NCBI GenBank assembly: GCA_038150305.1
Contig: JAYOTG010000006.1
Span: 9,073 to 73,072, forward strand
Length of the DNA: 64,000 nt
Reading direction: 5' to 3'
Source: Candidatus Poseidoniales archaeon
GTDB taxonomy: Archaea; Thermoplasmatota; Poseidoniia; Poseidoniales; Poseidoniaceae
Shown here one piece after another: positions 53,834 to 62,424 of the stretch (positions are counted from its first letter, which is position 1; the number at the start of each line of letters is the position of its first letter). The notes under the pieces were generated by a model. The model made no database searches. It saw nothing but the letters and a program-made list of their open reading frames with translations, and was not told the origin of the DNA. A program made the translations under genes and the position numbers.

Positions 53834-55534
53834 ATGGTGGACTGGCCACGCGGGGAAGTGCTTGAGGTTCGGCGCGGTGGTGCCGAAGTGCTCGAGGTCA
53901 TGCTCGCTGATGCGGCCACCCTCGGTTTGAGCGGGGCGCTGATGGTCCGTGGAAGCGAGGGTGCATCCGGCGTCCTCGCGCTCGCCTCGGGCGCTCCAGT
54001 TGGCGCCCTTCACGATCAGGACGGCGTGCTTCGATGCGGCGAGGAGGCCCTCGGTCCCTTCCGTGAGCTGTTACGAAGCGGCGCAACAGAAGTCGAGGTG
54101 CACCACCTCCCAGGTTCGCTGGTTCAAGAAGCGCTGGCGATGCACGAAGGGAGCCGCTTTGCCCATGGTGTCGAGCATGAGGATGTGCGTTGGTGGGAAG
54201 GCCGCCTCCCAACACCACGGCGATCACGCGCCCCAAGGCTGCCCACCATGGCGCCGACGGTGCGTGCACCCGAGGAGGTGCGCGAATCCATCGACCGCAC
54301 GCGCACTCGGCTTCACGTCGACAGCGTCGACCTTGCGCCGGGGAGTGTGCGCTTGGTGCACGCCGATTCGCCGGAGGCCTTGGAGCGCATGGCGTCCATG
54401 TGGGCCAAGGCAGGCGGGTGCAGCATCATGCTGACCCGGCGCGCTGAAGACGTGCCCGAAGGCGTCCATCACCTCTGGATTCACGAAGGGGCACTGAACC
54501 TGCCCGACGCGGCCCTTGGCGATGAGCCACTCCTCGTGGTGAGCGTTGACCTGCACCTCCTCTCGGTCATGCTTGGCCCTGAAGTGGCCGCTTCCTCCTT
54601 CGCTGACGTGCTCGATCACGGTCGCGAACGTGGCGCAGTCCACCTGCTCCATATCGACGAACAGATCCTGACCACGGCTGAATTTACTCGCTTCTCTCGG
54701 TATGGGGCGCCAATGCCGGTTGATGACGTCGCTGCGCTTGCCAGCGATGAGCGCAGCCTCAAGGGCCTGAGCGGGTTCGACATGGACGTGATTCTTCGCA
54801 CCAGGGAGCGCTTGGCTCCCGGCGTTGAAACGGCCCTGGAGCCTGAACCTGAAGTCATCGTCGAGGTCGAGCCCGTCGCGCCAGCACCGGAGCCGAGGCC
54901 TGAACCCATGCCGGAACCCGTCGTTGAGGAGGTCGTCGAGGATGCTCCTCCTCCCGTCACTCGAGGCCCGCGTCGCGCCAAGCGCGTGCGGGCCCGCAGG
55001 CCTGCTCCACGACGTGACGCGCGTGTCGAGAAATTCTCGCCGCCACGCGGCGATGTGCCTGCGGCGACATGGCCCTCTCGACATGCATCGAACAGCACCC
55101 CTGACCTTGTCCGGAACGCACCCGCCTCCGCCGATGGCCTCCCAGCATCCCGCCAGATCAAAGCGCTTGGATTGGCTCGTGTGCGTGACCTGCCTGCCAT
55201 GGAACCGCTCGTGAACAAGCCACCACTGGCGAGGCCAGAGGTCTGGCCCGATGCGCCACCGACGGACGCCATGAAGCGGAGGCAAGCATGGGACTCCCTC
55301 CGTCTGGCGCGCCGCTACGCGCCAGAGCAAAGGCCTGTCACCGTCCCGAAGAGCAAGGGCTTGCGCGAGGCGGCTGTGCGTGCCCAGCAGTCCTTTGACG
55401 TCGACGGTGCACACGCACGTCTGTTCACCTCGCACGACGATTCGCCTGCAGCGCCTTCCGTCGAGGATGCGCCCAAACGGCGCCGTCGAACGACGCGCAA
55501 GACCCGGCGACTTGGTGGTGATGACGATGCGTGA
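53834..55534 (+). CDS. hypothetical multidomain protein with Pro/Glu-rich linker and Arg-rich tail (DUF4388-like N-terminus and DUF835-like middle are tentative)
   Basis: The N-terminus LSGALMVRGSEGASGVLALASGAPVGALHDQDGVLRCGEEALGPFRELL fits the G.l.l..G.iv.A....GeeAl pattern. The middle reads LAPGSVRLVHADSPEALERMASMWAKAGGCSIMLTRR..HHLWI. The linker is EPEPEVIVEVEPVAPAPEPRPEPMPEP and the tails are RRAKRVRARRPAPRR and KRRRRTTRKTRR. Confidence 0.5.
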   Translation: MVDWPRGEVLEVRRGGAEVLEVMLADAATLGLSGALMVRGSEGASGVLALASGAPVGALHDQDGVLRCGEEALGPFRELLRSGATEVEVHHLPGSLVQEALAMHEGSRFAHGVEHEDVRWWEGRLPTPRRSRAPRLPTMAPTVRAPEEVRESIDRTRTRLHVDSVDLAPGSVRLVHADSPEALERMASMWAKAGGCSIMLTRRAEDVPEGVHHLWIHEGALNLPDAALGDEPLLVVSVDLHLLSVMLGPEVAASSFADVLDHGRERGAVHLLHIDEQILTTAEFTRFSRYGAPMPVDDVAALASDERSLKGLSGFDMDVILRTRERLAPGVETALEPEPEVIVEVEPVAPAPEPRPEPMPEPVVEEVVEDAPPPVTRGPRRAKRVRARRPAPRRDARVEKFSPPRGDVPAATWPSRHASNSTPDLVRNAPASADGLPASRQIKALGLARVRDLPAMEPLVNKPPLARPEVWPDAPPTDAMKRRQAWDSLRLARRYAPEQRPVTVPKSKGLREAAVRAQQSFDVDGAHARLFTSHDDSPAAPSVEDAPKRRRRTTRKTRRLGGDDDA

Positions 55535-57185
55535 TTCACCGCTCCGAGCAGCAGCCCTCCGCGCGCGCCGTAGCATGGGTCGAACCGAGCCTTCAGGGCC
55601 TGCAGATTCGCCGCCGTCCGGCCTCGTCGAGGCCCTCTCGACGCGGGTCGATCGACCAAAGGTGAGCCGCCCGCGCTCCATCACGGCATGGCGGCCGACT
55701 GAGGACGCCCGCGCCTCACCGCCGGAGGAACAAGGCCTGGAAGGAGAATTGGCCCGTCGTTTGTCCCGTCGTGTGGAGGGGCACGTGTCGACCTTTCACC
55801 CTGATTCTGCCGCGGGTGACGTTACCACCGCCCAAGCGTTCGGAGAGGGCCTTGGAGGTCATCCCTTGTGGCAGTCCGTGCTCGGGCACGATTCGCGCCC
55901 GCGAAGGCCAGCCTCTCCTCTTCCCGAAGCGTGGGCATGGGGCTTACGCTGGTCCGACCAGCACACCTTCCGTCAGTGGACCGTGCTGGAGAGCAACCGT
56001 GAAGCCACCGGATGGGCCGACCACGTCATCGCACATCCCACGGACATCAACCCCCTCGTGATCCGAGGTGCAGGCGGAACAGGGCGAAGTCATCTGCTCC
56101 ATGCCACCGGTCAAGCCATGCTGCGGGGCCAACAGGGTGGTGTCGTGCTCCTGCGCCATCCAGCGTCGATGTCCCTCGATGAAATGGACGCGCAGCTCAC
56201 CGAAATCGACATGCGTCTTTCGACGTCGAGCGGTCTGCTGATCGACGACATCGATCGCGTAATGCACGATGCAGACCGAAGCAGGCGGCTCCACCACATA
56301 GTCGATCTTGCGATGAACCTCGGCGTCCAAGTCGTGGTCGTCTGTGAGCACCCGCCTGCAGCGTGGCCATCCAGCCCCCTCGCTCGGGTGATGCAAGAGG
56401 GTGTGGTCACGACGATGGCCTCCCCTGGGCCCGTCGATCGCTTGGCAGCGCTCCGTTCGATCGTCATCCGCGAGGGTTTGGTCGTCGAAAATACGGACTT
56501 GCAACAGATTGCGGAAGGCCATCCCACGTGGCGGTCGTTGGACAACGCCCTTCGCGCCCACCTACACGCCTCCGATTCGCGTTACGCGGAACCCGCTCCA
56601 TCGGTCACGGATCACGTCGAGACCGCCACGACGGTCATCGAGCGTGCGCTCGATGCGGTCGATGCCGGCGGCGTCATTGGCGGCATCGAGTTGATGGCTC
56701 CAGTGCCTGAACTCTCCGATGCATGGTCGCCGGACGTCCCGGAAGCAGAGGAATTGTTGGCTGGCGCTCCTCGCCCCGAAGGGCCTGCTCGCGCCGTGTT
56801 GGAGGTGGTCCGGGACCCGCGGGTGGACCAATTGCTGCGGCCGGACGAGCGTGATCAATACCTCGTTCGCAACGTCGAGCATCTTGAGGCCAGCGATGCG
56901 GTACGTGCGGCCGAAGCTCTGGTGGAGATCGACCTTGGTGCCGAGACCGCCATCGCCCGTCGTCGGCACCACGCCGAGGATCAGAGCCTTCGTCTCGAGG
57001 CCCTCAAGGCTCGAATGGAGGCCTTGGCCGACCAGGCGCGAGAGGCCGATGTCGAAGCCCTGCTGGCCATCACGGATGAGCTCCAAGCCATCGACGAGGA
57101 GTTGGAGCGAATCGCGCAGAACGCTCGCGGCCCCGCTCGTTTGGCCATGCTGCGTCCAGTCCGTGTCCCGGAGGAGGGGGCGTGA
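55521..57185 (+). CDS. DnaA/Hda-like AAA+ protein (Walker A Lys replaced by Arg) with acidic coiled-coil C-terminus
   Basis: HTFRQWTVLESNREA, INPLVIRGAGGTGRSHLLHATGQA, GLLIDDIDRV, VQVVVVCEHPP, PGPVDRLAALRSIV and WRSLDNAL are colinear with DnaA domain III landmarks. No DnaA domain IV is present. Start uncertain (ATG 55521, 55527 or 55575). Confidence 0.6.
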   Translation: MTMRDSPLRAAALRARRSMGRTEPSGPADSPPSGLVEALSTRVDRPKVSRPRSITAWRPTEDARASPPEEQGLEGELARRLSRRVEGHVSTFHPDSAAGDVTTAQAFGEGLGGHPLWQSVLGHDSRPRRPASPLPEAWAWGLRWSDQHTFRQWTVLESNREATGWADHVIAHPTDINPLVIRGAGGTGRSHLLHATGQAMLRGQQGGVVLLRHPASMSLDEMDAQLTEIDMRLSTSSGLLIDDIDRVMHDADRSRRLHHIVDLAMNLGVQVVVVCEHPPAAWPSSPLARVMQEGVVTTMASPGPVDRLAALRSIVIREGLVVENTDLQQIAEGHPTWRSLDNALRAHLHASDSRYAEPAPSVTDHVETATTVIERALDAVDAGGVIGGIELMAPVPELSDAWSPDVPEAEELLAGAPRPEGPARAVLEVVRDPRVDQLLRPDERDQYLVRNVEHLEASDAVRAAEALVEIDLGAETAIARRRHHAEDQSLRLEALKARMEALADQAREADVEALLAITDELQAIDEELERIAQNARGPARLAMLRPVRVPEEGA

Positions 57186-57652
57186 GGCGAACGCCGTGGT
57201 GGAACGCCGGCGTCAATTTCGCCTGCCAACCGGATTGCGGCGCGTGTTGCGATCAACCCGGTGGCGTGGTGTTTCTTTCTCGCACCGACATTCAGCGTCT
57301 CGCTGCACGAGCGGGCATGGAGGAACTTGAATGGATTCGTCGGGACTGCACCACGTCCCTGAACGGAAGGCTCGTCCTTCGGAGCCGCCCCTCCGACGGC
57401 ATTTGCATCTACCTGCAAGGCGACAAACGCTGCTCGGTCTACAGCGACCGGCCGCAGCAGTGCGCCGCCTTTCCATGGTGGTCCGAAAACCTCCGTTCCA
57501 TGCGGGCATGGCGCAGCATCAAGGAGACCTGCCCAGGCATCGACGCTCCTGATGCGCTGCGCGTTGAGGGTGATGTCATTCGGCTCCATGTCGGGCGTGA
57601 CCTCGAAGCCGGAAAGGGCGTTCGGCTCCCACTGCCGCCCCTCGACGCGTAA
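57182..57652 (+). CDS. YkgJ/UPF0153 family cysteine-cluster (CxxCxxCC) protein
   Basis: FACQPDCGACCDQPGGVVFL..GICIYLQGDKRCSVYSDRPQQCAAFPWW. GTG 57182 overlaps the upstream TGA (GTGA). Confidence 0.75.
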   Translation: MRRTPWWNAGVNFACQPDCGACCDQPGGVVFLSRTDIQRLAARAGMEELEWIRRDCTTSLNGRLVLRSRPSDGICIYLQGDKRCSVYSDRPQQCAAFPWWSENLRSMRAWRSIKETCPGIDAPDALRVEGDVIRLHVGRDLEAGKGVRLPLPPLDA

Positions 57653-57668
57653 AACCCACAGAGCCGGA

Positions 57669-57674
57669 TTTATA
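57669..57674 (+). promoter_or_regulatory. TATA box (TTTATA) upstream of citrate synthase
   Basis: GGATTTATACGG lies 39 nt upstream of ATG 57708, implying a leader of about 10 nt. Confidence 0.4.
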
Positions 57675-57707
57675 CGGAGTGCCGCTGACGCGTGACCCGG
57701 TGCAGCG

Positions 57708-58871
57708 ATGACCAACGACGAGCCACTCCTGTCGGTCACCTCTGCTCACCTCAACACCGGGCTTCGTGGCATCCCCGTCGGGACGTGCCGGACCTCCTTT
57801 GTGACCCCGACCGAGGGCGTGCATTACTGCGGTTATCCCATCGCAGAATTGGCTGCCATGGACGTGGAGGACGTCATTTATCTCCTGTTTCACAAGGAAC
57901 TCCCCACCGCAGAACAATCCATTGCGTTCCGCGCCGACCTGTCGGCTCGTGGTGCGGTGCCCGAGGGCGTGGCCACCGTCTACGCTGCTCTGCCACGTGA
58001 AGGCCACCCGATGGACTGGCTGAGCGTCGGGATGCACACGCTCGGGATGGCCGAGACCACTGGAGATTGGTTGGAGGACGCCCTCAACCTCGTGGCCCGC
58101 ATGCCACGCGTGATGGGCCTGCTCTTCCGCTACCGAGAGGGTCGTAGCGAAGGCATCCCTGCGGACGACCTCAGTCTGGGTCTCGTCGATCGCTTCATCG
58201 CGACCTTGGACCCCGAGGGCGTTGATCGCTCAATCATGCGCGAAGTGCTCAACGCCTACCTCGTGCTTCACCTTGATCACGGCGGCGGCAACCTGTCCAC
58301 CTTCACCGGCAAGGCCACCGCAAGCGGCAAGGCCACCCTGTACGCTTCGATGGCCAGCGCCATGAACAGCCTCTCAGGTCCACTCCACGGACGTGCGAAT
58401 CAGTCGTGTTTGGAGTTCGTCCTTGGCATCGGAACGTCCGATCCCGCAGAGGTTGAATCCTTCATTCGCGGCGAGCTTGAGGCCAAGCGACCGGTGTTTG
58501 GATTCGGCCATGCCGTGCTCCGCGCCGAGGACCCGCGCGCCACGTACCAATTCGCGTTGGGTGAGCGGCTGTGCCCCGACGACGAGAACTTCGCGATCAT
58601 CCGCACTCTGCGCGAGGTGGCGCCCCGCGTCTTGGCGGAGAACCCGAAAATCTCCAATCCCAACGCAAATGTCGACATCGCAAGCGGGACCCTCCTTCAC
58701 CACGTTGGCCTCCGAAACCCGGAGTACTACACGACCTTCTTCGGTTGGGCCCGTGTGGCCGGCATTGGTGCGCAAATCGTCGATGAACGCACCGTGATGC
58801 GTGACGGTAAGGGTGTGCCCATCTACCGTCCCAAGTACATCGCCGAGGAGCAATCGCTCCGTCACGTCTGA
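57708..58871 (+). CDS. gltA: citrate synthase (type I/2-methylcitrate synthase-like)
   Basis: GLRGIPVGTCRTSFV, LVLHLDHGGGNLSTF, LSGPLHGRANQ, GFGHAVLRAEDPRA and NVDIASG. Confidence 0.9.
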   Translation: MTNDEPLLSVTSAHLNTGLRGIPVGTCRTSFVTPTEGVHYCGYPIAELAAMDVEDVIYLLFHKELPTAEQSIAFRADLSARGAVPEGVATVYAALPREGHPMDWLSVGMHTLGMAETTGDWLEDALNLVARMPRVMGLLFRYREGRSEGIPADDLSLGLVDRFIATLDPEGVDRSIMREVLNAYLVLHLDHGGGNLSTFTGKATASGKATLYASMASAMNSLSGPLHGRANQSCLEFVLGIGTSDPAEVESFIRGELEAKRPVFGFGHAVLRAEDPRATYQFALGERLCPDDENFAIIRTLREVAPRVLAENPKISNPNANVDIASGTLLHHVGLRNPEYYTTFFGWARVAGIGAQIVDERTVMRDGKGVPIYRPKYIAEEQSLRHV

Positions 58872-60148
58872 GACGTGACGCGGTGCAACACGGGGCGAGG
58901 CGTCTTGCCTGCTCCGCGATGACCGACCATGCGAACGGCTTCCCATGGCATCGTGCTGCCGCTTTCGTCGACGTCGGCCATCAGGTCATCCACCTCGCGT
59001 TTCCATCCCCAGCGCTTGCGCCACGCCTCCAGGTGGCGTCCATGAGCGGCTTTGTCGAGTTCGTGCCAAGGGGCCACCTCGCGTTCGAGATCCCTGAGCA
59101 TGCTTCTTGCCTCCTCGTCAGAGGCCACGCTTGGCATGCCGCCGTCCAGCGGTGCGGTGGCCAGCCGCTTCCATCGCAGCCGTCCGTCAACGTGACGTAC
59201 GCGTGGATCGGCGACGCTGTCCGAAACCAAACTCAGGCCGGCATCGATGAGGGCCGTCTCCATGCGGTACGGAGCGGGCCAGACGTATGCGGGAAAGCCT
59301 TCCAACGTCGCCTTAAGGCGCTCCCGAGCACGACCCGTCAAGCCGACGCTTCGTCCCAAGGGGAGGTGACGTCGTATGCTGTGCATGTAGTCGAGCGCAC
59401 ACGGCATCATCGGCGAACCGGCAGCACGGTGGCTCTTGACCAAGCGGGCGAAGGAATTGCGGATGAAGGACGGTGCGGCGACCGCACGCTGTGCAGCGCC
59501 GCTGCCGTACGGCGGAAGGTTCGGGGTCAAGCGTGACCAAGGACGGGACCACCCAGAGGTCTTGACGAGGTCGCGCATCCTCGGATGAAAGGCATACAGC
59601 ACCGTGTTTTGCTCGGGGATGTCAGCTTCCTTGAGGGCCGCCGCCACGTGTTGCGTCAGGACGGACATGTGCGCAAGGTCCCGGCGGTCATCGTTCCACC
59701 ACCCTCGGCCGATGTGTCTTGGGTGCGGGCGCTTGATTTCGATGACGCCGACTTTGGCCTGTTCTCGCCAGGCGGTTGAGATGACGGGGTCAGCGAGCAT
59801 CTCGTCGAATGTCTCGGCGCCGAATTCGCGGAGTTCCTCCAAGGTCCACGCTTCCACGTAGGGGGGTCGTCCCTCCTTCTCGTGTTTGGGGATCATTGGT
59901 GTGCGATCATGGTGGAGCACGAGATGGCCGTCGAGGGTCATGCGGAGGTCGAATTCGATGCCGTCCGCATGGACCATGGCTTCGCGAAGGGCGGCGAGTG
60001 AGTTTTCGGGCAACTCCCTCGCCATGCCATAGCCTCGCCCTCCTCCTTCATCAAGGCGAGGAATGCAGCCTCCGGAAAGAAGGGTCAGAACATCAACAAC
60101 GTGGGAATGCTCAAGCGGGAACCGTTTGAGGCAGGCCCATGAGCCCAT
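58862..60148 (-). CDS. glycerophosphodiester phosphodiesterase (GDPD) domain protein with unusual termini
   Basis: ELPENSLAALREAMVHADGIEFDLRMTLDGHLVLHHD is the GDPD core. The expected upstream HRG is GRG. A canonical VGHRGAG sits 15 aa from the C-terminus. An alternative start at ATG 60025 has a CTTGATGA box 29 nt upstream. Confidence 0.65.
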   Translation of the reverse strand: MGSWACLKRFPLEHSHVVDVLTLLSGGCIPRLDEGGGRGYGMARELPENSLAALREAMVHADGIEFDLRMTLDGHLVLHHDRTPMIPKHEKEGRPPYVEAWTLEELREFGAETFDEMLADPVISTAWREQAKVGVIEIKRPHPRHIGRGWWNDDRRDLAHMSVLTQHVAAALKEADIPEQNTVLYAFHPRMRDLVKTSGWSRPWSRLTPNLPPYGSGAAQRAVAAPSFIRNSFARLVKSHRAAGSPMMPCALDYMHSIRRHLPLGRSVGLTGRARERLKATLEGFPAYVWPAPYRMETALIDAGLSLVSDSVADPRVRHVDGRLRWKRLATAPLDGGMPSVASDEEARSMLRDLEREVAPWHELDKAAHGRHLEAWRKRWGWKREVDDLMADVDESGSTMPWEAVRMVGHRGAGKTPRPVLHRVTSQT

Positions 60149-61575
60149 GGACCATCATGATGGCTCTGGTGTTGCTGCTCACCCCAGTCATCTGTTGGGC
60201 CTTCACGCTCCATGCGCCGGACACCCGCACAAAGCTCAACCGAATTGGGACGTTGGTCCGTGAGCAGCGGTACTACCTGCACGCCCTCGGCTACCTGCTG
60301 ATCATCACGTGGAAAGGGTTCACGGACAATTTGAACGAGCCGGTCAAGGTCGTGACCGGACACTGGACGGGAATGGTGCACGGCCTCGAAGGCAACATTG
60401 TGCTCTGGATTCAGGATGCTTTTGCGTCACCGACGTTGACGGCGGTGCTGAATTTCCATTACCTTTTCATCTACCTCTTCCTCATTTACGTGACGACCGT
60501 CTTCTACGGCTACGTCGGGGAGCGGGATTTGACGGACAAGGTCACGATGAATTATCTGCTCATTTACGCCCTTGCGGTGCCCTATTACCTCTTCTTGAAC
60601 GTCGAGGTCACCTCCTCGTGGATCCCTGGGATGGATGCTCTTCTCTACCACGATGGATTGTATTCAACATTCTACATCGAAAACGATCCGTTGGACAACG
60701 CCGTACCCTCGCTGCACATCGCCATCCCCTTCGGCATCATTCTGCTGAACGTCCTCCACGTCCGCGACCAAGGCATCCGAATGAAGGATTGGGTCCATCG
60801 GGGCTACCATCGTTTTGTGGTGTACAACACCATCGTCTTCGCGTTCACCATCCTGTACCTTGGCATCCACTGGATCATCGACATTCCGCTTGGTATGCTC
60901 ATCGGCGGCATGGGTGCGCTGTTCATCCACTACCTTCAGCCGCGTTTGCGCAACGACCACGGTGGCTGGTTCCGGGGCGTGGACCGTCAGAAGGTCATGC
61001 AGCACGTCCTCGTTGAGGGCACCGTGGTCCTGCTCATGGCGGCCGCTTTTGCCGGCGTCACCATGCACCAAGCCGACACCGTCGACGAGCGCGTTTCGTA
61101 CCGTCTTGGTCCGGGAGATTCCACCCATGAAATCATCCAGCGCTTCGGCTACGGCGAAGAGGTCATCGTGACCGTCACGAACCTCGATGACGTGACGCCG
61201 GTGCACATGGCCTTGCGCATTGCGGAGTCATCAGAACCGGCCATGGAACGCGGTTACCTGAATTGGGACACACTTGCGGATGCAGGCTCAGGGGAGGTCA
61301 TCACCCTCGAGCCTGGCGCGACCATCAACCTGACCGTGGACCAACCCAAGGTGTGGTGGATCCTTGTGTTCCATGTGGACGAGGATGCTGCAAGCGAGAC
61401 CGTGGAACTCCGGGTGTTGAACAATTACGGTTACGTTCCAATGTGGCAGGCCGTCCTGCTTTCCTTGCCATCGCTTTGGATGACCGGGTTTGTGCTGCAT
61501 CGCATCGCACGGGCCCGCACCTCTGGGCGGCACTGGTTGGAATCGATTCCGTCCCACCGCTGGGAAGAGGCCTGA
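60139..61575 (+). CDS. PAP2-superfamily (PAP2_3/Aur1-like phosphotransferase) membrane protein with C-terminal extracytoplasmic domain
   Basis: Multiple TM helices with NAVPSLHIAIPFG and LGIHWIIDIPLGMLIGG (PSxH and HxxxD motifs). ATG 60157 is possible, since TTTGAGGC lies about 33 nt upstream of it. Confidence 0.6.
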   Translation: MSPWTIMMALVLLLTPVICWAFTLHAPDTRTKLNRIGTLVREQRYYLHALGYLLIITWKGFTDNLNEPVKVVTGHWTGMVHGLEGNIVLWIQDAFASPTLTAVLNFHYLFIYLFLIYVTTVFYGYVGERDLTDKVTMNYLLIYALAVPYYLFLNVEVTSSWIPGMDALLYHDGLYSTFYIENDPLDNAVPSLHIAIPFGIILLNVLHVRDQGIRMKDWVHRGYHRFVVYNTIVFAFTILYLGIHWIIDIPLGMLIGGMGALFIHYLQPRLRNDHGGWFRGVDRQKVMQHVLVEGTVVLLMAAAFAGVTMHQADTVDERVSYRLGPGDSTHEIIQRFGYGEEVIVTVTNLDDVTPVHMALRIAESSEPAMERGYLNWDTLADAGSGEVITLEPGATINLTVDQPKVWWILVFHVDEDAASETVELRVLNNYGYVPMWQAVLLSLPSLWMTGFVLHRIARARTSGRHWLESIPSHRWEEA

Positions 61576-61617
61576 CGCGGCCGCGCGCTTCTTGATGGAG
61601 GGCTGCCCCCTCGGTTC

Positions 61618-62424
61618 ATGTCGGGAGCCTCGGATCTGGTCCAGGTCCTCGACGATTGGGGCAAGAGCCCGATGGGGCAAAGCCTCGGGAAAGCACGAGA
61701 TCACGTGCGAACCCGCCTGCCCGTTTTGCTCGGCTTGGGCCTCATTGGCTTCGTGGCGGCGTTTCCGTTCACATCAGACGTGGTGCAGTGGCTCATCGCG
61801 GAAGAGCGCCTTCCCGACGGCGTGCGGATCATTGTCACCACGCCGGTTGAATTCCTCTTGCTCCAAGTCCGACTGGCCGCAGATGTTGGCTTAGGCCTCA
61901 TCCTGCTCGTGCTGCTTTCCGACTTGTTTCGGGCGGCCGCGCGCGGAAGCACGCCTGCGATGAAGGATGCTGTGGAGGCGGTGCGTGGGAAGGTCAACCT
62001 AGGTGCGCTGGCGTTGTTCGTTCTCTCGGCTGTAGGTTTGGCTGTGGCGGGACTGTTGTATGCCTCGACGGGCTTGGTGCCTTTGTTGCTGGATTACCTG
62101 ACCAACGACGCTCAATCCGTTGGTTTGAGCACGGATTGGCGCCTCATCGCCTACGTGGGTTTCCTCGTTCGTTTGCACCTGGCTTCGGCCGTGGGATTCC
62201 AAGCGCCCCTCGTGACCTTGGCCGTGTTGCGCGGCGGCCTTGTTGATCGTTCAACCCTCGTGGCCCACCGTCGTCACGTGTGGTTCGGTTGCGTGGTCAT
62301 GGGCGCCTTCGTCTCGCCGCCCGACCCGCTGTCCCTGTTTCTGGTGGCCCTTCCGGTGGTGCTCCTCTTCGAGGTTGGACTCATCATCGACCGGCTGCTT
62401 GGCCGTGCTCCCGCAAGTGCCTGA
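61618..62424 (+). CDS. tatC: twin-arginine translocase subunit TatC
   Basis: About 6 TM helices with VTTPVEFLLLQVRLA and GAFVSPPDPLSLFLVALPVVLLFEVGLI. Confidence 0.85.
   Translation: MSGASDLVQVLDDWGKSPMGQSLGKARDHVRTRLPVLLGLGLIGFVAAFPFTSDVVQWLIAEERLPDGVRIIVTTPVEFLLLQVRLAADVGLGLILLVLLSDLFRAAARGSTPAMKDAVEAVRGKVNLGALALFVLSAVGLAVAGLLYASTGLVPLLLDYLTNDAQSVGLSTDWRLIAYVGFLVRLHLASAVGFQAPLVTLAVLRGGLVDRSTLVAHRRHVWFGCVVMGAFVSPPDPLSLFLVALPVVLLFEVGLIIDRLLGRAPASA

Noticed and set aside
52517-53930. + strand ORFs of 425 and 327 aa over the DUF309 / membrane-protein cluster
   Set aside because: The minus-strand genes show TM helices, a DUF309 signature and overlapping stop/start coupling. The + strand products are Arg/Pro/Ser-rich.
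54224-55684. 486-aa minus-strand ORF over the first gene of the DnaA-like operon
   Set aside because: Its composition is Arg/Gly/Pro-rich with no domain pattern. The + strand ORFs are translationally coupled to each other and contain recognisable modules. I keep the + strand genes, but note that the first of them is itself of only moderate confidence.
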